Shown piece after piece: positions 1 through 9,385 of a stretch of 64,000 bases of DNA (the stretch's first letter is position 1; each line of letters opens with the position of its first letter). This stretch comes from an uncultured Candidatus Saccharibacteria bacterium (GTDB taxonomy: Bacteria > Patescibacteriota > Saccharimonadia > Saccharimonadales > CAZNVG01). The notes below the pieces were generated by a model. The model made no database searches. It was given only the letters and a program-made list of their open reading frames with translations, and was not told the origin of the DNA. The translations under genes were made by a program, and so were the position numbers. Location: assembly GCA_964440975.1 (NCBI GenBank), contig CAYYKI010000001.1, forward strand, positions 2,591 to 66,590, written 5' to 3'.

Positions 1-246
1 TAAGCGATCGTAGTCCCTCTTTCTTAGCACGTAGTTAGCCACTACATTTTTACCCGAATCTATATGTTTGTTTATTGTTTTTATTGCTAGATCCATAGAC
101 TTGTCTAAATCTGTAGCCAAGTTAAAATTTGGGATGGTGTCGTTTAGGTCGTCTACATTAATAAATACGGCATCAAGCTTTTTTGCTAAGGCCTTGGACG
201 TTGTGGTTTTCCCGGAATTTATACTTCCACTTATAAAAACGAGCAT
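1..246 (-). CDS. P-loop nucleotide kinase / AAA_33-like protein, N-terminal part (runs off the window)
   Basis: Not in the ORF track. Manual translation from the ATG at 246 gives MLVFISGSINSGKTTTSKALAKKLDAVFINVDDL..., with a Walker A motif and no stop to the window edge. Confidence 0.75.
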   Translation of the reverse strand, partial: MLVFISGSINSGKTTTSKALAKKLDAVFINVDDLNDTIPNFNLATDLDKSMDLAIKTINKHIDSGKNVVANYVLRKRDYDRL

Positions 247-261
247 GGGTATATCTTAGCA

Positions 262-294
262 AATAAAAAATCCAGTAGCCCTAGCTAATGGATA
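262..294 (-). terminator. Putative intrinsic terminator
   Basis: Minus strand reads TCCATTAGC-TAGG-GCTACTGGA followed by TTTTTTATTT. Confidence 0.5.
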
Positions 295-348
295 GGTTAT
301 CAAATATATAGTTTCGGCTCCCGCTGGGGGCGCTCTTCGAACTAAATG

Positions 349-1005
349 CTACTTTATCGCGACTGATTCAAGTATTTTAACCAGCGTCGGGTAATCGCGA
401 CTGTTCTTGCTGATATCTTGAGAGCTCAAACTACCGGTGACATAGTATTTTCCACTTACAAAGACGATCGACCTTGCTGGCTGTGATTCGTAGCCATATT
501 CGTATTCATAGGCTGGTTTATCTCCGATCTTGCGAGCTTCTTTTGTTGGTCCTTTACCATCAGGCCAATTTTGCAAGCCAGGCTCGAAGCGCTGATCAAG
601 TGTCTTACCTAGTCGATCCTCTACCACCAGGCTAATATTAGTGCCTGCTGTTACAGCCTCACTACCTATAGGTTCGGTTTGCGACTTCATATCGGGACTG
701 TTTATTGTGTATGGCATTAACTTGCCAGCCTCTCCGTAGCCACCACTCTTAGCAGTCCAGTCAGCCGGGTACTTAAAAGTGATGCCGTTTGGATCGTCGC
801 TGTAGGTTTTCCAACCTTCGTAAGGGTCTTTTGATGCTTGTGGTGCCGATGTTGGGCTGTTTGATGATGTTTGTGTAGTAGATTGTGTCTTTTTATCAGT
901 CCGATGCTCTTTTATGTACCAACCGAGTCCACCAATAAGACCTAGGACAACCACAACGATTACAACCTCTACCGCCGAGAAGCCTTTTTGATTGAGTTTT
1001 TTCAT
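349..1005 (-). CDS. Type IV prepilin-like protein with PsbP-like C-terminal domain
   Basis: MKKLNQKG|FSAVEVVIVVVVLGLIGG is a class III signal peptide with Glu at +5. It is followed by an S/T-rich linker and the WKTY...FKYPADW motif common in CPR PsbP-like proteins. Confidence 0.7.
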   Translation of the reverse strand: MKKLNQKGFSAVEVVIVVVVLGLIGGLGWYIKEHRTDKKTQSTTQTSSNSPTSAPQASKDPYEGWKTYSDDPNGITFKYPADWTAKSGGYGEAGKLMPYTINSPDMKSQTEPIGSEAVTAGTNISLVVEDRLGKTLDQRFEPGLQNWPDGKGPTKEARKIGDKPAYEYEYGYESQPARSIVFVSGKYYVTGSLSSQDISKNSRDYPTLVKILESVAIK

Positions 1006-1089
1006 GTTCCCATCCTTAAGCATTACTATTTTCACCTAATTATACCCCCCTGAAAAATCCACACAAGACATATGAGGGACTTATACGAG

Positions 1090-4000
1090 TTAGCGTATTG
1101 CCACAGCACCCGATTCTGAACTTAGGCGTTTGAACAGCACATATCGTTTGCCATTGAAGACTCTGGCAAAGCCAGAACGGAGCACTTCTTCACGAGGAAT
1201 CATTGCGACACCACCATAAGTTGCTTTCAAGTCATCCATTCGCCGTAGCACTGCTTGCTCTTCTGCGAGGATTGTCTGGTCGTCTTCATTAAATACTGTT
1301 TCAACGACGTGCTCGCCAATCTCAAAAGCAACAGCCATCTTGCGTGAATCACGTAGTGACTCCTTGGTCTTCTTGAACTTGAGTGATTTAATGCCCGCAG
1401 CGCCAATTAAGCCTGCTAATTCAGGAGCAGACTTCTCGCAGTCGCGCACTTTCTCCAATACGATTACTTGGCTTCTAAAGTTTGAGCCACTCAACGCTAT
1501 GCCACTACGATCATCGATTACAAAACCAAGTTCATCCATAGACTTTACAAAGGTTTCGGAATCTTCAAGGTCGAGCGAGTAAATCATATCGACGACTGCC
1601 TTGCCGCCAGGCTTTAACACCCGGTTTAGCTCGCGTAAGACCTGCAGGCGCTCAACATTTTTTCTGCTCGGAACGAAGCTTGTGTAGTGCAGACCAAGCG
1701 ATAGGTTTACATAATCCATTGAGCCGTCTTGTGCCGGCAAGTTTGTGAAGCTACCCACAATTTGCTGAACGCCAGCCTTAGCAAAGTGCTTTGGATTGAT
1801 ATCGACACTTACGACTGCTTCTGCTAGTTCTTCAGAAATATGCCGCTTCAACATTTCTGGACCAGACGCCACATCGAGTACTCGCAAGTTTTTCGCATCT
1901 TGCTTTCGCTCAGCTACAAACGCGTGGATCAATGTGCCCGATAGCCGTGCGACGTTCGCCTGGTAGCTCCGTGCACCAACCAAGTTTGCGTAACTCTCCG
2001 CATACTCTTGGTCGTACTGTACCAAGAACTTTTTAAAGTCTTCTTCGCCGAGCTCTTTAACGTGTCCGTAAATGCGCATCATCTTATCCCACGACGAGAA
2101 GTAATACTCTGCAAGCTCTGAGTTAACCTCTAAGTTTGGATCGACCTGTTTTTCAGCCTGACGCAACATCTCTCGTTCAATTTCTGAGATTGGCACGCCG
2201 CGCAGTAGCTTTTGCACCGCTTGGTACTTAGTCTGAATATACCGATGAATTCCGTCTTCGATAGTGCCAGCTGCGACAAAGGTTCGTACAATTAGATCTT
2301 GCTTCAAGCCAGGACGATACACGCGAGATCGCTGCTGGTGTTTGTCATAGACCGTCCATGGTTCGTTGTAGAAGTAGACTTCTTCGGCTGCAGAGAAGTC
2401 GACCCCAACGTCAGCCGTTTGGCCACTCACGACCAATAGAACTTTTTGATTGGTCTGGCGGAGCTCGTTTTGAATTTCCAAACGGCGTTCCTTTTTAATT
2501 GAACCATCGACGGTAAAGACCTGCACATCCCTAGGGATATCGAGTGTGTCGAGAATGTGATTGTCGCCGCGCATCACACCGTCGATGTAGTCATTCACGA
2601 ACATAACAACCTTGTCTTTTACGGCAAAGGTCTGGTGAAGAGCTGCACTAACGGCGAATTGCTTGGATCCTTCAATGTTTGGTGTGGCATCAAACATCTG
2701 CGGGTTTAACGTAAACTGGCGAAGAATTCTAAGTTTGTCCATCGGGCTTAACTCGTCTTCTTCAACAAGTAAACTATAGACTTCTTGCTCCTCAGGAGTT
2801 AGCTCAAAGCGCACAACTTCTTCACGTATAGCTGGCATATTGATACTTTCGGCAAGTTCTTTTTGTTGCATGCGAGGTACGAGCAGGCTACGTAGATCAA
2901 GGATATCGCCATTGATGATTTGATTAACCAGCTCTTTGTTTTCGATATCCGCAAATTGTTCTGGGTAGAGTAATTTTAGTGACAATGCAACGTCGCTAAT
3001 AGTGTTTGGTACTGGCGTGCCAGAGAGCATCACGAGATATTTGTCATCTCCGGAAACTTGCTCGGCCAACTCCAACAGATACTCCGAACGCACGCCAGTT
3101 TTGAGGTTTTTAAGCTTGTGGACTTCGTCCGTGATGAGCATGTCGAAGGGCAGTTGCTTCAGCAGCGGCGTGTAAATACCGTTCAGTCTTTCTTGAGAAA
3201 TCACTACATAGTCGTAATCGTTTGGTTCAACATCAGTAAGGTCTTCTGGACTCCCAACAATCAAAACTCGAGGTTCTTGTCCCGGCTTAAAGTAGCCTTT
3301 TTGTTTGCCTTTATCATCAACTTCGCTAGACAAAAAATCCTGCCAAACTTCGACTACATTGCTCGGCACAATAACCAATGCTTGCTGCACACCAAGAATT
3401 TCTTTAGCCATGATAGCCGAGGCACTCTTGCCCAAACCCATCTCGTCAGCGATCAGCATGCGATGCTTGAAGGCAATTTCTTGGACGTTAATACGTTGGT
3501 TAATATCGGGGAAGAGACGGTCATCGCCAAGCGAGTCGACAAGATGGTCTGGTTTGTGAATATTCTCAAAGATCAGCTTGTAGTAAGCTTCAGCCTCGTC
3601 AAGCACTGACTCGAGTTCTGGCGTTATAAAGTCCGCTGTTTCTGCGCGGATGTGTGCGATATAGTCAGCGACCAGCGCAGCACTTGCGTCATCTGGTTCA
3701 AGTTGCCCGGCATCATGCAATGCCCGCAAACAGTCCGCCTTAACAATCTCAGTTAGCCCATCCCGAAAGACCGTTTCGGCTAAGAGTCCGATGCCTTTCT
3801 CAAGCCCTTCAAGAGAGAATTGACCGCGCACAATAAGGTACTCACCCAAATAATCCGTAAGCGCACTTTTAACGTAGGGGACTGGTAACTTTCGATACTC
3901 AGGGTGTTGCTGGTACAAAATGTCTACGGCGTAATCAGAACCAAACAGGCTTACGAGCGATTCGAAATCCTGAGCCTCAATAGACTCGCCTTCGCCTATT

Positions 4001-5232
4001 TCAATAATGAAGTTCTTTAGGTTATTTTGAAGTTTAATTTGTTCAGGATGAACTCCATTATTTGCTTTAATCTCGCGATAGATGTGTATTTGAGCCTTAA
4101 CTCTTTCAGATGATTCTTTGTATAGGTACGTTACTCGATTACCATTTGACGCCCTAAAGACTCCAAAGCAACCATTAGAAAGCGCTCCGACTTCTCCTGC
4201 TATCCGTTCAACATATTTTCTATTAGCACTGATCTCCTCAGCAATCGCTCTAATACTCTGTGCGCCTTCAGGCGGTCTTCCACCTTCAAGTAATCCATTT
4301 ACTCTTACTTCAATTGCTGCAACATAATCATCATAAATGTGCTCGCGCACAATTCCGTTTCCGCATCTATGGTACCCCATACTTTCTTGGTATTGCGGCC
4401 GGAGCTCTTCTATGATTGCATCTACCGTATAGTCATCAATTCCAAATTTGACTGCCAGTCCATGCCGGGTATAAGAACCCTTCGGCGCAGGAACTGACCT
4501 GCCTCTCTCTTCCTTGATTGCTGCAACAAGCTCTGGTTGATAGTAATCTGATACTCTTCCCGTGGAACCTTTTTGGGCTACAACTTGCCCCGGATACCTC
4601 TGAGCTAACGACGCTGCTATTGCTGTTATAGTTTCCTGACTAGCACCAAGCTCTTTTGCAAGAGCTTTATTACTGGCTGCACCTTCGGGTTTAGGCTGGT
4701 GTTTAGCATATTCAGCTGCAATCTTGCTAACCGAAGATGGATCAAAATGTAAGGCAGGGGTACTTGTGGATGTTCCTTTTAGCTCACTTGTTAGCTCCTG
4801 CTCCTCGGCTTCTAACCTACTGATTAATCTTTTAATCGTTGCTACGTCAGTTCCAACTTGACTAGCGATGGAGCTAGCGGTAAGCCATCCTACTTTCGGT
4901 CTGCCTCTATTGGATAAAGCTAGTTTTATTCTCCCTGTAAGCTCTGGTTCATAGTGCTCAGCCCACTTTTTATTATCAAGCCTCAATCTTACAATTGAAT
5001 CCGGAATATCTTCGGCTAGAGTCCTTGCTGTTTTCTTTACCAGACCGACGCTAACCTCGAGTTCTCTTGCAAGGTTAACTGCTGCTGAAGGAAGTTCAGG
5101 CTCTAAATTCCCATTCCCGTTCTCGGTTTGACCACTATACTTACCCTTCTCTTCCTGAGACACATCTAAACTACATACGGAGATGCCAGACTGCGACTCA
5201 AACTTTCCAGCTTCCGGTACGATCTCACTCAT
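1090..5232 (-). CDS. Multidomain protein: tandem HTH-like repeats + SNF2-family helicase/ATPase + class I SAM methyltransferase
   Basis: IADEMGLGKS (Walker A), LITDEVH (DExH), LSGTP, helicase-C motifs (GVDFS, QQRSRVYRPG), and C-terminal VLDVASGP...LNRVLKPGG. Confidence 0.8.
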   Translation of the reverse strand: MSEIVPEAGKFESQSGISVCSLDVSQEEKGKYSGQTENGNGNLEPELPSAAVNLARELEVSVGLVKKTARTLAEDIPDSIVRLRLDNKKWAEHYEPELTGRIKLALSNRGRPKVGWLTASSIASQVGTDVATIKRLISRLEAEEQELTSELKGTSTSTPALHFDPSSVSKIAAEYAKHQPKPEGAASNKALAKELGASQETITAIAASLAQRYPGQVVAQKGSTGRVSDYYQPELVAAIKEERGRSVPAPKGSYTRHGLAVKFGIDDYTVDAIIEELRPQYQESMGYHRCGNGIVREHIYDDYVAAIEVRVNGLLEGGRPPEGAQSIRAIAEEISANRKYVERIAGEVGALSNGCFGVFRASNGNRVTYLYKESSERVKAQIHIYREIKANNGVHPEQIKLQNNLKNFIIEIGEGESIEAQDFESLVSLFGSDYAVDILYQQHPEYRKLPVPYVKSALTDYLGEYLIVRGQFSLEGLEKGIGLLAETVFRDGLTEIVKADCLRALHDAGQLEPDDASAALVADYIAHIRAETADFITPELESVLDEAEAYYKLIFENIHKPDHLVDSLGDDRLFPDINQRINVQEIAFKHRMLIADEMGLGKSASAIMAKEILGVQQALVIVPSNVVEVWQDFLSSEVDDKGKQKGYFKPGQEPRVLIVGSPEDLTDVEPNDYDYVVISQERLNGIYTPLLKQLPFDMLITDEVHKLKNLKTGVRSEYLLELAEQVSGDDKYLVMLSGTPVPNTISDVALSLKLLYPEQFADIENKELVNQIINGDILDLRSLLVPRMQQKELAESINMPAIREEVVRFELTPEEQEVYSLLVEEDELSPMDKLRILRQFTLNPQMFDATPNIEGSKQFAVSAALHQTFAVKDKVVMFVNDYIDGVMRGDNHILDTLDIPRDVQVFTVDGSIKKERRLEIQNELRQTNQKVLLVVSGQTADVGVDFSAAEEVYFYNEPWTVYDKHQQRSRVYRPGLKQDLIVRTFVAAGTIEDGIHRYIQTKYQAVQKLLRGVPISEIEREMLRQAEKQVDPNLEVNSELAEYYFSSWDKMMRIYGHVKELGEEDFKKFLVQYDQEYAESYANLVGARSYQANVARLSGTLIHAFVAERKQDAKNLRVLDVASGPEMLKRHISEELAEAVVSVDINPKHFAKAGVQQIVGSFTNLPAQDGSMDYVNLSLGLHYTSFVPSRKNVERLQVLRELNRVLKPGGKAVVDMIYSLDLEDSETFVKSMDELGFVIDDRSGIALSGSNFRSQVIVLEKVRDCEKSAPELAGLIGAAGIKSLKFKKTKESLRDSRKMAVAFEIGEHVVETVFNEDDQTILAEEQAVLRRMDDLKATYGGVAMIPREEVLRSGFARVFNGKRYVLFKRLSSESGAVAIR

Positions 5233-5235
5233 AAA

Positions 5236-5262
5236 ACAAAAAATACCATATAAATGGTACTT
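5236..5262 (-). terminator. Intrinsic terminator downstream of tRNA-Asn
   Basis: Minus strand GTACCAT-TTAT-ATGGTAT followed by TTTTTGTTT, about 10 nt after the CCA end. Confidence 0.6.
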
Positions 5263-5312
5263 TGTAAAACTTGGCTCCGGGGAAAGGATTCGAACCTTCG
5301 ACCTAGTGGTTA

Positions 5313-5870
5313 CACTTAATCACTGCTTTCACAGCGTGTGGACTATCTCATCTTGCTTATCAAAAATGATCTGCAAGCAGGGCGCTTATGAGAGATTATT
5401 GTTAGGCTCACTCTCTAGTCTCTGAACCTTCCTGAGTCTCTTAACCTAACTCAGGCTTGGCTGCGGATTACCATATCGTACGACGTAGGCTTCCCGACAA
5501 TTCACCCTGTTTTCACTATGGGATTACTCACCATAGGCTGCACTTTTACTAACCCTGCATGAATTTCTCTATGACAATTTGCGCATACAAGTATGCATTT
5601 ATCTGCTTCTGCCCTGACTTTTTCCCAAGAACGAGTAAGCCCTTTCGACGAAATTCCAAACTCTTTCTGAGATGCATCTATGTGATGAAGATCAAGCGCA
5701 TCAACACAATTGCTATAGCCACATTTCACGCACTGACCGCCTTTATACTCAACAAGCTTTCTGCGAACTGCCTTTCGACGTTTCGCAACTGCCATCTTGA
5801 GATAATCGGCACGATCAGCATAGGTTCGACGATCCGGCATACAACCTAGTGTATACCATTTGGTGTTCGT
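5313..5870 (-). ncRNA. Group I self-splicing intron (558 nt) inside the tRNA-Asn anticodon, position 35/36
   Basis: The 5' exon ends in U and the intron ends in G. Core motifs P (AATTGTCGGGAA), Q (AATCCGCAGC), R (GTTCAGAGACTA) and S (GAGATAGTCC) are present. The internal guide GCAGCC (5541-5536) pairs with exon GGCTGT, with a G-U pair at the splice site. Confidence 0.9.
5502..5840 (-). CDS. Intron-encoded HNH (homing) endonuclease
   Basis: CxxC...LDLHH...CILVCANCHREIH is a zinc-binding HNH signature. The ORF lies within the group I intron. Confidence 0.85.
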   Translation of the reverse strand: MPDRRTYADRADYLKMAVAKRRKAVRRKLVEYKGGQCVKCGYSNCVDALDLHHIDASQKEFGISSKGLTRSWEKVRAEADKCILVCANCHREIHAGLVKVQPMVSNPIVKTG

Positions 5871-5990
5871 ACAGCCACCCGCTCTACCGCTGAGCTACCC
5901 CGGAATGTATATAAAAGGTGCGATCACCACAGGTAATACAGGGGTAGATTATAGTTTGAATGGAGTAGTTGGTCAAATAATATTGCCCTG

Positions 5991-6437
5991 CTAGCTTTTG
6001 CCCTTAATAGCCGTCAAGCGAGCAATGAATGAATTCGCCGCCCCATCCATGCCAAGCACCTTCAGTGCCCCAACCAATACATACAATTCATCAACTTTGT
6101 TCTTGTTGCCAGTTGGTTCTTGTTCCACCTGCCTAAAGTAGTGATCCACTTTCTCTACCAACCACTTTTCTTGGGTCTCGCTGACCGCGTTGGAGCTGAT
6201 TTTCGTTTCGATATTGCCATCAACAACCTCAAGTGACCTTGCTGACCGATCGCGTTTTCGTAAGTGACCTCTCTTGATGAGGCTATCAACATGCAGCGCT
6301 ACCGTTGCTACCGAGTTATAGCCGCACCCATTCATAATCTCGCGATAGCTGGGGCTGTACCCGTGCTCACCAATAAAGGCAGCGATAAATCGTAACAATT
6401 GCTGCTGCTTTTTAGTCGGACGAATTTGCTCGGCCAT
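5991..6437 (-). CDS. lexA: LexA-like repressor, DNA-binding domain only
   Basis: PTKKQQQLLRFI...HGYSPSYREI...SVATVALHVDSLIKRGHL...ARSLEV matches the LexA winged helix. No S24 peptidase domain is visible. Confidence 0.75.
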   Translation of the reverse strand: MAEQIRPTKKQQQLLRFIAAFIGEHGYSPSYREIMNGCGYNSVATVALHVDSLIKRGHLRKRDRSARSLEVVDGNIETKISSNAVSETQEKWLVEKVDHYFRQVEQEPTGNKNKVDELYVLVGALKVLGMDGAANSFIARLTAIKGKS

Positions 6438-6468
6438 AGATACCTATATTATACGCTATTGCTTACCA

Positions 6469-7848
6469 CTATGCTGCAAGCCGCTGATCCCACCCTTTAA
6501 GAAGGCTGTTTTTAATAGACTTACGTGCAATAGAATCTTTGCTCGCCGGAAATGTGAGCTGCGCTTTTGCTGGTAGATACAGTACGTATCCCGCAACACC
6601 CCACCATATTATTGCAAGGGTATCATCGGCCCATATGTGCAGCAATAGGCTCGCCACAGCCAGTCCCATGCCAGAAACAAACAGTGTGATTGGCCAACGG
6701 TACTTTCGCATACTGAATGCTCGCAGCAACACAGTGGCATATATCATCACAAACAACACTAGCCCTACAACGCCAACTTCTTGCGCAATCTGTACATAGT
6801 AATTTTCGGCCATACGCGTACCGCTCTTTTGTAAATTAACAGACGCCGGCCCTGCACTACCCGGCCCTGTCCCAAGTGGCTGATTTACAACGTCTTTGAG
6901 CCCAGCCTGCAATGCCGCAATATGACCATCGTTGCTAGTAACGGCAACGTTTGTTTCGTCGGTATGAAAAATGCTGTTCTCTATAAAGTTATTATCGCGG
7001 AAAGCTACCACAATTGCTGCTGCCACAACCATACCGACTACACCAAACGTAAGGCCTCTTTTTAACTGTGCAGGGGTCGCCTGCAATGCCGCATACAATG
7101 CAACCGCCAGCATAGCTGCAATCCACGCCGAGCGCGAAAAAGTACATACCAGCACCGCAAGACTTGCCGCAATCGCAACACGTGCCTGCTGCTTCTTAGC
7201 GCTGCGAACAAGGGGTAATAGTGCGCTCATTAGTACGACAATGTAGGCCCCGAACGGGTTGGGTCCTCGCAGGGTTGAACTGTATCGTAGTACATTCGAT
7301 CCGTCATGGAGCTTAGTGAATGGCCGAATAGTGCCTGGTCCAAAACCAAACCAGCGCAAAAAATCACTTGGTAGGACGGTTATTTGTAGTACGCCAAAAA
7401 CTATCGTCATGAGTCCAGTAGTCAATACTACTTTGGTAAGTAACTTCACGTCTTTTTTGTCTGTGTAGTGATGGGCGAGTATTTGCCCCAACAGGAACAT
7501 CGCTACAATGCGTAGGTTTATCATCAGCCCCGCAATCAACGCTCTCGCCTCCGGTCGACGCCAAGCAGCAATCGCGATATGCAAAACGATGTACCACAGC
7601 ACCAACCAGTTAACTCTGCGCCCCACCATTGCTAATCGCAGTTTTTTGTCTTTTGCAAATAGCCAAAACGCTAGCGGTGTAACTGCAGCAATCATTAGTT
7701 GCGGGACTATCTTAAACCAGTCAATGTGTCCAATGGTTGTGCCCGCCCATACATATATAAGTGCATGAAACGGCACATAGGCGAGTATCAACAAGAACCC
7801 TATCCATAGCAACTTGTTTGCAGTGTCGAGGTATTTGGGCGTAGCCAT
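6469..7848 (-). CDS. O-antigen ligase / Wzy_C family membrane protein
   Basis: Multiple TM helices with motifs RYSSTLRGPNPFG, TFSRSAWIA, PLGTGPG and ENYYVQIAQEVGVVG. Confidence 0.8.
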   Translation of the reverse strand: MATPKYLDTANKLLWIGFLLILAYVPFHALIYVWAGTTIGHIDWFKIVPQLMIAAVTPLAFWLFAKDKKLRLAMVGRRVNWLVLWYIVLHIAIAAWRRPEARALIAGLMINLRIVAMFLLGQILAHHYTDKKDVKLLTKVVLTTGLMTIVFGVLQITVLPSDFLRWFGFGPGTIRPFTKLHDGSNVLRYSSTLRGPNPFGAYIVVLMSALLPLVRSAKKQQARVAIAASLAVLVCTFSRSAWIAAMLAVALYAALQATPAQLKRGLTFGVVGMVVAAAIVVAFRDNNFIENSIFHTDETNVAVTSNDGHIAALQAGLKDVVNQPLGTGPGSAGPASVNLQKSGTRMAENYYVQIAQEVGVVGLVLFVMIYATVLLRAFSMRKYRWPITLFVSGMGLAVASLLLHIWADDTLAIIWWGVAGYVLYLPAKAQLTFPASKDSIARKSIKNSLLKGWDQRLAA

Positions 7849-7904
7849 AGTATATGAACCATTATGGCGGTTTAGTATCAGTGGTACAATATGCCGGTAG
7901 CGTT

Positions 7905-9344
7905 ATGCGTAATAATTCATCAACGATATACGGCAGCTTTTTGCTTATAGGCGACTTCTTTGCCCTCTTAGGCGCGTTTGTGATCGCCTACATATTTAGG
8001 GTCAGCCTCGATCATCGACCAATTGCCAATCAAATTGGTGCAGTAGAATTCTTACAAATCTTTACCTTGCTGGTACCGATAGTGTTGCTGATATTTGCAT
8101 CGCTTGGGCTCTATAGCCGGGCAATCTATGATAGCCGGGTACGAGAATTTGGACGGCTCATCGTCGGTTCATTCATTGGCATTCTTACCGTCATCAGCTA
8201 TGACTACATCAGTAATAAACCAATCCTGCCAGGTAAGCTTGTTGCACTCTACGCATTACTGCTTGGGTTTACCTTGCTTATTCTTGAACGATCAGTAGCG
8301 CGATGGCTACGAACCGCCCTGTTTAGTTATGGCGTAGGCATCAATAAAATTTTGATTGTCGGGAGCGGACGAACCACCAACGAACTTATTGAGAAAGTGT
8401 CCGACACAAAACACACCGGACAAAAAGTGGTGGCCGTAATAGGTAAAGAATCACCTATTATCCGCAAACTTGATATACCCGTTTACGAATCAATCGACAA
8501 CCTCAAGGAGATGGACGTCGACACGGTCATTCAAACGTCCTACCTTAACGACGACACTCTAACCAAAGACCTGATCGCGCGCGCGCAAGACGCCCATATT
8601 GCGTATCAGTTCTTGCCGGAGCAAACACGCCTGTACAGCGGTAACGCAAGTGTGGAGCTCTATCAAGGCCTCCCGATAGTTTCGGTGCACCCAACGGCGT
8701 TAATCGGCTGGGGAAGATTAGTGAAGCGCGGTTTTGATGTAATAAGCAGTCTTTTATTTCTGGTAGTTCTGTCGCCGGTTTTTGTGATTATCGGGCTAGC
8801 TATCAAGCTAACCGATCCAAGGGGTCCGATTTTGTTTCGACAAAAACGATTAACACGCTTTGATCAAGAATTCACGGTCTATAAATTCCGAAGTATGAAA
8901 CAAAAGTACAGTGGTCGCGGCGGTGATGAAATGGAAATTTTCAAAAAAATGGGCCGCCCAGATTTGGCAGAGGAATTCGAAAAAAATCGTGGCAAGGTAG
9001 CCAACGATCCACGAATCACCAGAGTTGGTCGCATCTTGCGCGCAACCAGTATGGACGAATTGCCACAATTCTTTAATGTACTTCGTGGCGATATTAGCCT
9101 TGTCGGGCCGCGCGCAATTGTCGAACATCATGCACAAGAATATAAAGAGAATCGATCGCTCATGTTAAGCGTCAAGACAGGCATCACCGGACTTGCTCAA
9201 GTATCTGGCCGCGACGACCTGTCACTGCAGGAACGCATTAATCTTGATATATATTATGTACAAAACTGGAGTTTTTGGATGGACCTCGGAATAATCTTTA
9301 AGACAGTGTATATATTGCTTTGGCGTAAAGGATTCAGGTCGTAA
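7905..9344 (+). CDS. Polyprenyl-phosphate glycosylphosphotransferase (WcaJ/WbaP-like priming transferase)
   Basis: N-terminal TMs, KRGFD, YKFRSM, DPRITRVGRILRATSMDELPQFFNVLRGDISLVGPR, GITGLAQVSGR. Confidence 0.92.
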   Translation: MRNNSSTIYGSFLLIGDFFALLGAFVIAYIFRVSLDHRPIANQIGAVEFLQIFTLLVPIVLLIFASLGLYSRAIYDSRVREFGRLIVGSFIGILTVISYDYISNKPILPGKLVALYALLLGFTLLILERSVARWLRTALFSYGVGINKILIVGSGRTTNELIEKVSDTKHTGQKVVAVIGKESPIIRKLDIPVYESIDNLKEMDVDTVIQTSYLNDDTLTKDLIARAQDAHIAYQFLPEQTRLYSGNASVELYQGLPIVSVHPTALIGWGRLVKRGFDVISSLLFLVVLSPVFVIIGLAIKLTDPRGPILFRQKRLTRFDQEFTVYKFRSMKQKYSGRGGDEMEIFKKMGRPDLAEEFEKNRGKVANDPRITRVGRILRATSMDELPQFFNVLRGDISLVGPRAIVEHHAQEYKENRSLMLSVKTGITGLAQVSGRDDLSLQERINLDIYYVQNWSFWMDLGIIFKTVYILLWRKGFRS

Positions 9345-9385
9345 CTAGTCCAAACCTCGCTAGTAACCACGACCTACCAAATCAT

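Larger units (their letters stand above)
5272..5904 (-). tRNA. tRNA-Asn(GUU), split by an intron; exons 5904-5871 and 5312-5272
   Basis: Joined exons TCCGGGGTAGCTCAGCGGTAGAGCGGGTGGCTGT|TAACCACTAGGTCGAAGGTTCGAATCCTTTCCCCGGAGCCA form a 75-nt cloverleaf with anticodon loop CT-GTT-AA and an encoded CCA. Confidence 0.93.

Noticed and set aside
68-259. 63-aa plus-strand ORF
   Set aside because: It is antisense to a P-loop kinase gene on the minus strand.
5183-5849. Plus-strand ORFs 5183-5425 and 5559-5849
   Set aside because: They are antisense to the tRNA, intron and HNH gene.
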